Positions 8,986 through 18,123 are shown, numbered from the stretch's first letter. The stretch is 32,000 nt of DNA from Phycisphaera mikurensis NBRC 102666 (GCF_000284115.1 NC_017080.1:1860001-1892000); one strand, 5' to 3'. Made by a program: numbers and translations. The notes: generated by a model from the sequence alone, not told the origin.

Positions 8986-10272
8986 ATGGGCGAGGATCGC
9001 ACCAGCGCGTCGCCGGCGGCCGTCGGTCCGGCGGGCCGCTTCCTCGTCGATGCGGCGGGGCGGCGGGTGTTCCTCCTCGCCGACACGGCCTGGGAGCTCT
9101 TCCACCGCTGGACGCGGGAGCAGACCGCCCGCTATCTCGCCGCCCGCAGCCGTCAGGGCTTCAACGCGGTGATGGCGGTGCTGCTGGCCGAGCTCGACGG
9201 CCTCGCGACGCCGACGCCGGAGGGCCTGCGGCCGCTGATCGGCAACGACCCGGCGCGGCCCGCCGCGGCGTACTTCGACGAGGCGGAGGCGCGGGTCGCG
9301 GAGATGAATCGGCTGGGCCTGACCGCGGTGCTGCTGCCGGCTTGGGGCGACAAGGTGACGCTGGGCTGGGGTGTGGGGCCGGTGGTCTTCGACGCGGGCA
9401 ACGCGGCGGCGTACGGCGACTTCCTCGCCCGCCGCTTCGCCGGCCGCGGGGTGATCTGGATGCTCGGCGGCGACCGCCACGCCGATGCTCCCGCGGACCG
9501 TCGGGTCTGGGAAGCGATGGCGGCCGCGATCCGCGGCGCCGGCGACCGTCGCTTGATCACGTGGCACCCGCCGGGCGGACGGTCGAGCTCGGCGTGGTTC
9601 CCCGACGCCGCGTGGCTGGATTTCCACTCGCTGCAGACGGGGCACACCGGGCGGCAGGCACCGATCGAGGCGGCGGTGGCGGCCGATCGTGCGCTGCGAC
9701 CGGCGAAGCCCGTCTGGAACGCGGAGCCCTGCTACGAGGCGCACCCGGTCATGCGGATGCACCGCGGCGGCTGGAAGCCGGCCGGCGGCTTCTTCGACGA
9801 GCACGACGTGCGGGACGCGGCCTGGCGCTCCGCCTTCTCGGGCGCCTGCGGGCACGCCTACGGCTGCCACAGCGTGTGGCAGGCGTACGAGCCGGAGGGC
9901 CCGCGGGCGACCGAACCGGTGAACTTCCCCGGCGACGCGTGGCACCGGCAGCTGGCGCTGCCCGGAGCGGAGCAGATGCGCCACCTCGCGGCGTTCATGG
10001 CAGAGCATGAAGACTGGGAGCCGCTGGATCCCGGGCACGCGGGGGATCTTCCGGCCCTGCGGTCGGCCTCCGGCAAGGAGGTGGCGGTCTACGCGATGAA
10101 GGCCCTGCCGATCGCCTACCGCCGGCGGCAGCTGGAGGGCCTGGCGGCACGCGTGGGCGTGTCGCCGCGGCGGTGGCTGGACCCGCGGACCGGCCGCGAA
10201 ACGCCCGCTGAACCCGGGCGGTCCGCGGACGGGCCGGATCCGTCGCGGGACGCCGTGCTGCGGCTGGCTTGA
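8986..10272 (+). CDS. DUF4038-like (apiosidase-type TIM-barrel) glycoside hydrolase family protein
   Basis: GRFLVDAAGRRVFLLADTAWELFHRWTREQTARYLAARSRQGFNAVMAVLL, GVIWMLGGDRH, WHPPGG, PVWNAEPCYE follow the DUF4038 pattern. Confidence 0.85.
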   Translation: MGEDRTSASPAAVGPAGRFLVDAAGRRVFLLADTAWELFHRWTREQTARYLAARSRQGFNAVMAVLLAELDGLATPTPEGLRPLIGNDPARPAAAYFDEAEARVAEMNRLGLTAVLLPAWGDKVTLGWGVGPVVFDAGNAAAYGDFLARRFAGRGVIWMLGGDRHADAPADRRVWEAMAAAIRGAGDRRLITWHPPGGRSSSAWFPDAAWLDFHSLQTGHTGRQAPIEAAVAADRALRPAKPVWNAEPCYEAHPVMRMHRGGWKPAGGFFDEHDVRDAAWRSAFSGACGHAYGCHSVWQAYEPEGPRATEPVNFPGDAWHRQLALPGAEQMRHLAAFMAEHEDWEPLDPGHAGDLPALRSASGKEVAVYAMKALPIAYRRRQLEGLAARVGVSPRRWLDPRTGRETPAEPGRSADGPDPSRDAVLRLA

Positions 10273-10296
10273 GGCGGGGCCACCCCGCGGCCCGCT

Positions 10297-11142
10297 TCAG
10301 TTCCACCAGCGCCAGGGCGAGCCGCCGTTGTCGGGGCCGTTGCCGCCGTTGTCGACCAGCTCCGCGGGCCGCATCGCCTGCACGTGGCCGTCCATGAAGG
10401 CCATGTTCGCGGTGCTGCCGGCCATCTGCCGCGGCGGCGAGGCCATGGTCGATCCGGGGACGTCGCCGGTCTCGCTGCCGCCGTGCCGGAAGCCGGGCAG
10501 CGACATCCAGTTGCCGCCCCAGTTGATGCCCGTGGCGACGCCGCCGGTCGCCCAGCCCACCGAGCCGTCGTGCGTGCCCATGTAGTTGGAGGGGTTGTTG
10601 AGCTGGTCGCCGTCGGTCTCCCCGTGCATGATGATCTCCGAGGGGGCGGGCACGGTGTCGATGCCGCGGTCGTCCCAGGGGTCGGCGCCGTTGCCGGGGT
10701 CGCTGTCGCCCGCCATGAAGGCGTTCGGAGCGGACGTGAAGGAGGCGTCGGCGATGAACTCCGACGACGGGCAGTTGAAGACGATCGCGGGGTTGGACCT
10801 CCACTGCAGGCGCGTCGCGGTGGTGCCGTCGTCCTCGAGGACGGGGATGTACGGGGCGAGATTCTCCTGCCAGAACAGCGACTGGCCGCCGGTGCCCAGC
10901 ACGAAGTTGCCGTGGTCCCAGTTGGCGGCGAGCAGCTGCTTGTGCTCGGCGGCGTAGGCGTAGTTGCCGATGGCCAGCTGCCGCATGTTCGAGCTGCACT
11001 GCATGCCGCGGGCGGCCTCTCGCGCGGCCCGGAGCGCGGGCAAGAGGATGCCGATCAAGAGCGCGATGATCGAGATCACCACGAGCAGCTCGATGAGGGT
11101 GAAGGCGGATCGACGGGTGGCGCTTCGGCGAGGGGAAGGCAC
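10297..11142 (-). CDS. Prepilin-type N-terminal cleavage/methylation protein, planctomycete-type pseudopilin
   Basis: [44 protein letters not shown] and C-terminal [12 protein letters not shown]. The start is assigned to GTG 11142 because AGGAG lies 6 nt upstream; the ORF track extends to 11196. Confidence 0.9.
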   Translation of the reverse strand: MPSPRRSATRRSAFTLIELLVVISIIALLIGILLPALRAAREAARGMQCSSNMRQLAIGNYAYAAEHKQLLAANWDHGNFVLGTGGQSLFWQENLAPYIPVLEDDGTTATRLQWRSNPAIVFNCPSSEFIADASFTSAPNAFMAGDSDPGNGADPWDDRGIDTVPAPSEIIMHGETDGDQLNNPSNYMGTHDGSVGWATGGVATGINWGGNWMSLPGFRHGGSETGDVPGSTMASPPRQMAGSTANMAFMDGHVQAMRPAELVDNGGNGPDNGGSPWRWWN

Positions 11143-11241
11143 GGGGTGCTCCTGGACGGGGGTGCGGGCGGAGGAAGGGGAGAGGGGAAACGCCACGCGG
11201 CGGCGGTGGGCCGGCGCGGGCGGGCGCGGAACCGCCGGGCC

Positions 11242-11883
11242 TCAGCCGCGTCGCCGCAAGCCCAGCGTCGCGAGGCCCAAGCCCAGCAACGCGGCGGAGG
11301 CCGGCTCGGGCACGGCGGTGGTCAGCCGGGTCTCCAGCAGCTGCGCCGACCAGACGTTCTGGTCGGGGTTGCCGGCGGCCTCGCCGCGGGCCCGCAGCGT
11401 GATCCGCACCGCCTGGGCGGCGAGGCCGCTGGCGATGGCGGTGTTGGCCGCGAAGCCGCCGGCGGTCGGCCGGTCGTCGCCGGTGAACGTCAGCGTGGCC
11501 GGCGTGAAGGTGCTGCCGTCGGCGGAGACCTCCAGCGCGTAGATGTCGGCGAGGGTCTGGCCGTCGAAGTTCGCCCGGCCGTCCCAGGTGCTGGTGTCCA
11601 GCTGCACCTCGGTGAACAGCTCGCCGGCGGGGACACCCAGGCTCGGGTTGGAGACGTCGTAGGTGATCGTGCCCACGGCCTTGTCGTCCTCGAAGGTCGA
11701 GCCGTCGCCGTCGTAGGCGTTGGCGTCGAAGGCGACCTCGAACTTGCCGGCGTAGACCGCCACGTTGTTGGCGCTGCTGAAGTAGAAGCCGCCGGAATCG
11801 CCGCTGTCGGTGATCGTGATGGCGAGAGCGGGGGCGCCGGTGGTGGCGACGGCGGCGGCGAGGGCGGTGGCGAGACGACGCAT
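11242..11883 (-). CDS. PEP-CTERM sorting-domain exported protein
   Basis: Signal peptide MRRLATALAAAVATTGAPALA and C-terminal TAVPEPASAALLGLGLATLGLRRRG, a canonical PEP-CTERM tripartite signal. Confidence 0.9.
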   Translation of the reverse strand: MRRLATALAAAVATTGAPALAITITDSGDSGGFYFSSANNVAVYAGKFEVAFDANAYDGDGSTFEDDKAVGTITYDVSNPSLGVPAGELFTEVQLDTSTWDGRANFDGQTLADIYALEVSADGSTFTPATLTFTGDDRPTAGGFAANTAIASGLAAQAVRITLRARGEAAGNPDQNVWSAQLLETRLTTAVPEPASAALLGLGLATLGLRRRG

Positions 11884-12046
11884 GATTCAGACTCCTGAGG
11901 GGGGCTGGCTCGCCGGCTTCGCAGCCAGCGGCCCGGGGATGGGGGTTGCCGCCGGTGCGGCGGGGCGGCGGCTGAGCAGCCACCGTGGGAGACCGGAGAA
12001 CGATGCCGCGCCGGCGGTGCCGAGACAAGGGATCTATTGTCGCATC

Positions 12047-12997
12047 GTGGGATGTTCTGATGACAAGCCGAGCCCGTTGCCCATCCAGGATCCGCGGTCG
12101 CCGGGACCCCAGCCCCCCGACACCGGGACGCGGCTGATCCGCTGCGGCGATTGGCGCGAGCCGATGTGCCGGATCCATGGGTGCGGGTACACCCGGCACC
12201 TGGAACCGGAGGTCGGCACCCACCTGGACTGGGGCGTCTCCGAGCGGTTCGGGCAGCTGCGGCTGGTGCTCCGCGGCGGCGTCCGGCTCCGCATCGATGA
12301 CCGGGCCGTGGAGATCGGGCCCGGCGGCGGGCTGTCCCTGCTGCTCCCGGCCCGCGGGATCCGCAGCGAGGTCGCGCGGCTGCCGACCGACATCCTGTGG
12401 ATCCAGTTCAGCGGAGCCGCAGCGCTCGGGCTGCTCCAACGGATGCAGCGGGAGGTGGGGGTGCTGCAGCAGCTGCCCCGCCGCGGGCGGGCCGAGCGGA
12501 CGCTGCGGAAGATCATCCGCGAGGCGGTCGCGGATCCGGTCCGCGACCCCTTCCACTGGAGCGAACGCGGGCAGGTGCTGCTGCACGCCTGGTGGCAGGA
12601 GTGCCTCGCGGCCGAGCGCGCCGGGCGCGATCCGCTCTCCGGCGGCGGCAGCCGGCCGCTGCCGGCGCGGCTCCAGCGCCGCAGCGTGGCGCCGCCCGAG
12701 GCGTCCCCGCTGCTCCGGGAGGCGCCGCGGACGGTGGGGGAGTTCGCCGAGCGGCTCGGCTATTCCCGCTCGCACCTCACGCGGATCCTCCGAGAGAGCT
12801 GGAAGGAGACACCCGCGGCGGTGCTCCGCCGCGATCGCATGGAGCGGGCCCGGGAGCTGCTGCGGCGGGGCGGGTCCGTCGCTCAGGCCGCCGCGGACGC
12901 CGGCTACGCCAGCCACCAGACCTTCAGCCGCGCGTACCGCCGGCACTTCGGGCGGCTGCCCTCGGCGGAGGGGGAGGCGGAACCGGGCGAGGGCTGA
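12047..12997 (+). CDS. AraC-family transcriptional regulator with a cupin-like N-terminal domain
   Basis: C-terminal FAERLGYSRSHLTRILRESWKETPAAVLRRDRMERARELLRRGGSVAQAAADAGYASHQTFSRAYRRHFGRLPS matches the double HTH of AraC proteins. The start is uncertain (GTG 12047 chosen; ORF open from 11810). Confidence 0.88.
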   Translation: MGCSDDKPSPLPIQDPRSPGPQPPDTGTRLIRCGDWREPMCRIHGCGYTRHLEPEVGTHLDWGVSERFGQLRLVLRGGVRLRIDDRAVEIGPGGGLSLLLPARGIRSEVARLPTDILWIQFSGAAALGLLQRMQREVGVLQQLPRRGRAERTLRKIIREAVADPVRDPFHWSERGQVLLHAWWQECLAAERAGRDPLSGGGSRPLPARLQRRSVAPPEASPLLREAPRTVGEFAERLGYSRSHLTRILRESWKETPAAVLRRDRMERARELLRRGGSVAQAAADAGYASHQTFSRAYRRHFGRLPSAEGEAEPGEG

Positions 12998-13122
12998 GCC
13001 GCGGTTTCTTGGGCGTCACGCGGCGGCTGCGGCGGGTCGGCGGCGGCGTTGGTCCGGCGCGGGGTGGTCGGAGACGGGAACGCGTGGATTTCTCGAATCC
13101 GGTGGCAGGTCGCCGGCCCGCG

Positions 13123-13944
13123 CTACCGGTGGCGGAGCGGGGGCGGTGGGGCTTGGCGGAGGTCGACGCTGACCGGAGCGTGGTCGGAGCAGCGGAGGCC
13201 GGCGGCGCGGTCGGTGGAGGCGTCGGCGGACCGGGCGGCGGCGGGGCGGTTGGTCAGCAGGTAGTCGATCCGCCAGCCGCGGTCGAGGGTGCGGGCCCGG
13301 CCGCGGTTGCTCCACCAGCTGTAGGGGCCCCGCACGTCGCCGGCGTGGTGGCGTTGCTCGTCGCGCCAGCCCGAGGCCAGCAGCTCGCCCCCGAACCAGC
13401 TCCGCTCGTGCGGGAGGAAGCCGCTGGACTTCCGGTTGGCGACCGGGTTGTGGATGTCGTTCTCGCCGTGGGCGATGTTCAGGTCGCCGCCGAGGACGAC
13501 CGGCGTGCGCCGGCGGGCGAGGCGGGCGGCGAAGGGGGCGAAGGCGTCCAGCCAGGCGTCCTTCCTCGCCTGGGCAGCCTCCGACGAGGAGCCGGAGGGC
13601 AGGTAAACGCTGACATGCTCGACGCCGCCGAAGCGGACGCCGAGCACCCGGCCCTCGGGGCAGGCGGCGCTTCTCTGCCGCGGACCGCAGAGCCCGCGGA
13701 GCGAAACGGCCGACGGTCCGCGGGTGAAGACGGCGACGCCGGCGTAGCCGGGCTTCTCGGCGGGGTGGAAGTGCTTGGTCCAGCCGTGGCTGCCGTCCTC
13801 CCCCCAGCCGCCGGGCAGCTGCTCGGGGAAGGCGCGGACCTCCTGGAGGAGCAGGACGTCGGGCCCGAGGCGTGCGAGCTCCTCGGCGAAGCCCTTCTTC
13901 AGCGCAGCGCGGAGGCCGTTGACGTTCCAGGTGGTGACACGCAT
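13123..13944 (-). CDS. xthA: Exodeoxyribonuclease III / AP endonuclease family protein
   Basis: MRVTTWNVNGLRAALKKGFAEEL, DVLLLQEVRA, GGDLNIAHGENDIHNP, YSWWSNRGRARTLDRGWRIDYLLTN, CSDHAPV. The start is set at ATG 13944. Confidence 0.92.
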   Translation of the reverse strand: MRVTTWNVNGLRAALKKGFAEELARLGPDVLLLQEVRAFPEQLPGGWGEDGSHGWTKHFHPAEKPGYAGVAVFTRGPSAVSLRGLCGPRQRSAACPEGRVLGVRFGGVEHVSVYLPSGSSSEAAQARKDAWLDAFAPFAARLARRRTPVVLGGDLNIAHGENDIHNPVANRKSSGFLPHERSWFGGELLASGWRDEQRHHAGDVRGPYSWWSNRGRARTLDRGWRIDYLLTNRPAAARSADASTDRAAGLRCSDHAPVSVDLRQAPPPPLRHR

Positions 13945-14107
13945 GGGGCGCATCATGCAGCGGCGGGGCCGGCAGCGGGAGAGCCGGCGAGGGAGACGCA
14001 AAGAGAGGCAGCCGGTCCGCCGTCTCCTCCGGCGGGGCTGGCGCCAAAGCCCGCTCCCTTGTCCCACTCGCTCCGGCCGACCCCCGCTCGGTCCCGCTCG
14101 CTCCCGC

Positions 14108-14902
14108 TCAAGCGGGCTTGGCCGCCGGAGCCATCGGCCGCTTCGGCTCGGAGTGCTGCAACACCAGGCCGATCACCGCCGGCACGAAGACGAGCAGGGG
14201 CATCACCAGCGGGCTCTCCGTGACGGCGGTGATCACAGCCTGCTGCCACGGGTCGATCGACAGCAGCAGGGCGAGGCTGCCGATCACCGCGAGCGTCGAG
14301 CCCGAGACCGAGGTGTAGAGCACGACCGAGAGCTTGAAGAGGATGAAGGCGAGCATGCCGCAGAAGAGCAGCCCGGCGAGGGCGCCCGCCGGGTAGGCGT
14401 CGACCGGGAGCGTCTCGGGCCCGAGGCCGCGGTTGACGGTCGCCGCCATCGCCTCCCAGGTGTTGGCGCCGATGAAGGCGCCGGCGAGCCCGCCCAGCGC
14501 GGCGACCACGAACTTGAGCATCGGGAAGGCGAGCGCGAAGCACAGCGCCCCGAGGCAGCCGGCCACCACGAAGGGGGCGCCGATCTGCTCGCCGAGGATG
14601 TAGCCGGCGAACAGGCCCAGGAACAGCGCGAGCCCGATGGTCGTGACGCGGTACCACTTGTAGCCGTTGAACAGGCAGAGCAGGCCGACGATCACAAAGA
14701 CGATGCCCCAGACGACGCCGAGCTTCTGGATCCCCGCGACGAGGTGGTCGGGATCGGTCAGCACGTTGCCGCGGTCGAAGATCGCGCTCACGGCGTCGAA
14801 GAGCGACCGCAGGTGGTCGGCGATGCCGCCGTCGTGGAGGGTGGGGGCGGCCGGAGCCGGGGGGGTGGCGACGGGCGGCGTCGCGGCGGGGAGGTCGGGC
14901 AT
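14108..14902 (-). CDS. Polytopic membrane protein of unknown function
   Basis: 264 aa with multiple hydrophobic Gly/Ala/Leu helices; AAGGAG is well spaced upstream of the ATG. Confidence 0.75.
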   Translation of the reverse strand: MPDLPAATPPVATPPAPAAPTLHDGGIADHLRSLFDAVSAIFDRGNVLTDPDHLVAGIQKLGVVWGIVFVIVGLLCLFNGYKWYRVTTIGLALFLGLFAGYILGEQIGAPFVVAGCLGALCFALAFPMLKFVVAALGGLAGAFIGANTWEAMAATVNRGLGPETLPVDAYPAGALAGLLFCGMLAFILFKLSVVLYTSVSGSTLAVIGSLALLLSIDPWQQAVITAVTESPLVMPLLVFVPAVIGLVLQHSEPKRPMAPAAKPA

Positions 14903-14956
14903 GGGGAGCTCCTTGAGCGGCGGGCGGGGCCGGCCCCAAGGCGGCGGCCTGCGGCC

Positions 14957-15931
14957 CTAGGCATCGGCCCGCCGACGCGCCAGCGTCCACTGAAGAAGCA
15001 GCCCCACGAGCGTGACGAGGCCGACGACCAGCAGCAGGGCCCGCGGATCCGGGGCCGACGCGGCGGCATCGACGCCGCCCGCGGGGTCGGCCGCGCCCGG
15101 CCCGCCGCCGCGGAAGAGGCCCGCGTGCCGCTGGAGCAGCAGCAGCGTCCCCGCGGTCAGCAGGCACGCGCCCACCAGGGCGGTCTGGAAAGCGGCGGTG
15201 AGGTTCGGCATCGCCAGGCCCAGCAGCAGGCCCAGGACGAAGCCGATCGCGGCGCCGGTGAGCGCCACCCGCCGGCTGCCCGCCGGGAGGTCGTCCCAAG
15301 CCTGCCGCGCGGCGGCGATCTGCGCCTTCCACGCGGCCGTGGCGGTCTCGAAGAAGTCGCCGAGGGCGGCCGTGGCCTCCACGCCCAGCGCCGCCAGCCG
15401 CTCGCCCGCGGCGTCGACGGCCGCTCCGCCGAGCCGCTCCTCGGCGGAGCGGCCGGCCGCTGGTTCGTCGCCGGCTTCGCCCTCGAAGACGCCGAAGAGC
15501 GACGAGGGCGCGGGGGCGGCGGCGTCGCCGCCGGGCTCCCCGGCCGTTGCGGCCGTTGCGGCCGTTGCGGCCGCGTCGGGGCCTTCCGCCGGTCCGCCCC
15601 AGAGCAGCAGCGCCGCGGGCACCACCGCGGCGAGGATCAGTCCCGCCAGCAGCCCCACCCACAGGCGGAAGAGCAGGAACGCGAGCAGCGTGCCGGCGAG
15701 GGCGCCGGCGATGCCGATGGCCACGACCCCGTTGGCGGTCACGCCCAGCTCGGCCGCCGCGGTCGTGGCGAGGAGCCCGCCGAGGAGGAAGCCGCTGAGC
15801 GCGACGCCCGCCCGCGCCAGCCGGCCGCCGGCGATCCACAGCACGAAGCCGCACGCCGTGAGAACACCGAGCGCGACCGTCCAGGCGGCGGGCGCGTCGT
15901 CGAAGAAGGGCTGGAGGTCGGCGGTGGGCAC
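14957..15931 (-). CDS. Polytopic membrane protein with a central low-complexity/soluble region
   Basis: Stop at 14957; GTG 15931 (VPTADLQPFFDDAPAAWTVALGVLTACGFVLW) is the plausible start. TM clusters at both ends with an Ala/Thr-rich linker (AAATAATAATAGEPGG) and an amphipathic segment between. The 587-aa ORF in the track is an over-extension. Confidence 0.65.
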   Translation of the reverse strand: MPTADLQPFFDDAPAAWTVALGVLTACGFVLWIAGGRLARAGVALSGFLLGGLLATTAAAELGVTANGVVAIGIAGALAGTLLAFLLFRLWVGLLAGLILAAVVPAALLLWGGPAEGPDAAATAATAATAGEPGGDAAAPAPSSLFGVFEGEAGDEPAAGRSAEERLGGAAVDAAGERLAALGVEATAALGDFFETATAAWKAQIAAARQAWDDLPAGSRRVALTGAAIGFVLGLLLGLAMPNLTAAFQTALVGACLLTAGTLLLLQRHAGLFRGGGPGAADPAGGVDAAASAPDPRALLLVVGLVTLVGLLLQWTLARRRADA

Positions 15932-15963
15932 CGGGCCACCGTAAGCCCGCGGGGCCGCTGTTC

Positions 15964-16599
15964 CTAACCCGCGCGGCGGGCGCGGCTCGGCACCGCGTGG
16001 CGGCCGGCGAGGGCGTAGGGGCCGGCGATCTGGCCGATGGGGGCCGCCTCGCGTCCGGGCTTCGGCGACGCCTCGGGGCCGCGGCCCCAGCAGAGCCCGC
16101 AGGCGATGAAGATGCCGCCGGCGATCAGGACGCCGTGGCGTGCCGGGCCGAGCACGAGCCGTTCCAGGCGGCTGGCGATCGGGCGCGGGTCCTCGTCGAG
16201 GCGGCCGGCGTCCGGCAGCGGGACGTCGAGCCACGCCGCGACGTCGGCGGTGGCTTCCAGGGCGCCGCCGTCGGCCTCGAGCGGCTGGCGGCCGGCGGGC
16301 TGCAGGCGCAGCTGCGTGTGGGCCAGCCGCTCCATCAGCGCCGGCTCGCCCGCTTCGAGCTCCATCAGGAAGGCCTGGTACCGGTCGGACCGCTCGGCGA
16401 GGGCGGCCGCTTGCTCCTGCATGAGCGTGAGCTGGCGCCCGGCTTGTTGCAGCTCCAGCCACGGCGGCAGGATCGCCGCGGCGGCGATCAGCACCAGGCC
16501 GCCGCCGATCATCATCGCCGCGGGCGCGAGCCCCAGCACCCACGCCAGCACGCGGACGGCGACGAGGCCTTCGGGGGCTTTGGCGGGAGCGGCGGCCAC
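15964..16599 (-). CDS. Small membrane protein with two hydrophobic segments and a coiled region
   Basis: VAAAPAKAPEGLVAVRVLAWVLGLAPAAMMIGGGLVLIAAAAILPPWLELQQAGRQLTLMQEQAAALAERSDRYQAFLMELEAGEPALMERLAHTQLRLQP, then HGVLIAGGIFIACGLCWG. Carved from the 3' end of a 1688-aa ORF; the start is approximate. Confidence 0.6.
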   Translation of the reverse strand: MAAAPAKAPEGLVAVRVLAWVLGLAPAAMMIGGGLVLIAAAAILPPWLELQQAGRQLTLMQEQAAALAERSDRYQAFLMELEAGEPALMERLAHTQLRLQPAGRQPLEADGGALEATADVAAWLDVPLPDAGRLDEDPRPIASRLERLVLGPARHGVLIAGGIFIACGLCWGRGPEASPKPGREAAPIGQIAGPYALAGRHAVPSRARRAG

Positions 16600-16698
16600 G
16601 ACCGACGGTATCGGGCGGCGGGGCGCGGGCTCCGCAGCGGGCGGGACGCGCCGGGGCGGCGCGGCCGCGGCGACGCCGCGCTCCTCTAAGCTCGCGCC

Positions 16699-17346
16699 AT
16701 GCTGACGCGAAGCCGACCAAGCGGTGTGGGGATCCTGGCTGTGGCCGTGGCCGCGGCGACGCTGCTGCCGGCGTGCAACTACCGGCAGCTGCAGCAGGAC
16801 CGCGAGGCCCTGATGCGCCAGAACCAGGAGCTGCAGGCGCAGAACTCCGCGGTGATGGACGAGAACGACCGCCTCGCCCGGCAGCCCGCGCCCGAGCCGG
16901 TGATGGCTCCGACGCCGGCGGCCCCGCCGCCGCCGATGGCCCTCGAACCCGCCGGCTTCGAGGCGATCCGCGGCATCGAGGTCGACGACAGCGGACCCGA
17001 CCAGGTCAAGCTGAGCCTCCCCGGCGACCTGCTCTTCCCGCCCGGCTCCGCCACGCTCACCGCCGACGCGCGGAAGACCGTCGGCCAGGTGGCGAGCGTG
17101 CTGAACACGAAGCACGCCGGCTCGACCGTTGGCCTCATCGGCCACACCGACAGCGACCCGATCAAGAAGAGCAAGTGGGCCAGCAACGAGGCGCTCTCGC
17201 TGGCCCGGGCCGAGGCTGTGGCCGATCAGCTCGCCGCCTCCGGCGTGTCCCGCGGCCGCCTCGAGACCCGCGGGGTCGGGGCCCAGCAGCCCCGCGGCGG
17301 CAAGAAATCCGCCGACCGACGCGTGGAAGTCGTCGTCTCGCGGTGA
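16699..17346 (+). CDS. OmpA-family C-terminal domain lipoprotein
   Basis: Lipobox LLPAC, coiled segment YRQLQQDREALMRQNQELQAQNSAVMDENDRL, and OmpA-like LLFPPGSATLTADARKTVGQVASVL...VGLIGHTDSDPI...SLARAEAVADQLAASGVSRGRLETRGVGAQQP...ADRRVEVVV. Confidence 0.93.
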   Translation: MLTRSRPSGVGILAVAVAAATLLPACNYRQLQQDREALMRQNQELQAQNSAVMDENDRLARQPAPEPVMAPTPAAPPPPMALEPAGFEAIRGIEVDDSGPDQVKLSLPGDLLFPPGSATLTADARKTVGQVASVLNTKHAGSTVGLIGHTDSDPIKKSKWASNEALSLARAEAVADQLAASGVSRGRLETRGVGAQQPRGGKKSADRRVEVVVSR

Positions 17347-18026
17347 GCGCGGGGGGCCGGTCCATCTCGATCCTCGACTACGGCCTGGGCAACCTGCGAT
17401 CGGTCGAGAAGGCACTCCTGAGGCTGGGCTTCCGGGCCCGGCGGGTCCGCCGCGCCGGCGACCCCGCCGAAGGCCCGCTCCTGCTGCCCGGGGTCGGCAA
17501 CTTCGCCGACGCGATGGCGAAGCTGCACGCGCTGAGCTTGGCGGAGCCGCTGAAGGCGCAGGCGGCCGCCGGACGCCCGATCCTCGGCGTGTGCCTCGGC
17601 ATGCAGCTGCTCTTCGAGCGCTCCGACGAGGACGCGGAGGGCCCGGAAGGGACTCCGGGCCTGGGCCTCCTCCCCGGCCGGGTGGTCCCGCTCTCCGGCG
17701 GCGTGGACCCACGCGGCCGGCGCCTGAAGGTGCCGCAGATGGGGTGGAACACGCTGCGCTTCGGCCGCGGACCGCGAGCCGATGCGCTCGCCGCGGCCGC
17801 GCGGTCCGCGGATCCGCCCGGCTCCGGCGACCCCGCCGTCTACTTCGTGCACGGGTACCACGCCGAGCCGGCGGACCCCGCGGACGTGCTCGCGACCACG
17901 GACCACGGCGGCGCGGTGGTCGCCATCGCGGGCCGGGGCAACGTGCTGGGCATGCAGTTCCACCCCGAGAAGAGCCAGGCCGTGGGCCTGGCGCTCCTGC
18001 GAGCCGCCGCGGGGTTGCTGTCGTGA
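17343..18026 (+). CDS. hisH: Imidazole glycerol phosphate synthase, glutamine amidotransferase subunit
   Basis: ISILDYGLGNLRSVEKAL, LLLPGVGNFADAM, GVCLGMQLLFERSDE, YFVHGYHAE, GMQFHPEKSQ. GTG 17343 overlaps the OmpA gene stop (GTGA). Confidence 0.95.
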   Translation: MSAGGRSISILDYGLGNLRSVEKALLRLGFRARRVRRAGDPAEGPLLLPGVGNFADAMAKLHALSLAEPLKAQAAAGRPILGVCLGMQLLFERSDEDAEGPEGTPGLGLLPGRVVPLSGGVDPRGRRLKVPQMGWNTLRFGRGPRADALAAAARSADPPGSGDPAVYFVHGYHAEPADPADVLATTDHGGAVVAIAGRGNVLGMQFHPEKSQAVGLALLRAAAGLLS

Positions 18027-18030
18027 CCCG

Positions 18031-18101
18031 CCCGGCTCGCCCGGCTCGCCCGGCTTGCCCGCGTCGCCCGGCTCGCCCGCGTCGCCCGAGTCGGGCGAGC
18101 C
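18031..18101. repeat. 9-bp tandem repeat (CCCGGCTCG-like, about 7 units) ending in a 10-bp stem-loop downstream of hisH
   Basis: cccggctcg cccggctcg cccggcttg cccgcgtcg cccggctcg cccgcgtcg cccgagtcg, with GGCTCGCCCG (18070-18079) / CGGGCGAGCC (18092-18101). Confidence 0.8.
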
Positions 18102-18123
18102 CGGCGGCGCGGGGGCACGCCCG

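Noticed and set aside
6932-9172. 746-aa plus-strand ORF and similar long plus-strand ORFs (5706..6950, 13775..15967)
   Set aside because: Antisense to pilT/pilB and to the membrane-protein trio, all of which have clear family motifs or membrane-protein composition; these ORFs are shadow frames.
9995-12946. 983-aa minus-strand ORF
   Set aside because: Shadow ORF crossing the pseudopilin, PEP-CTERM and AraC genes; His/Arg/Pro-rich with no motifs.
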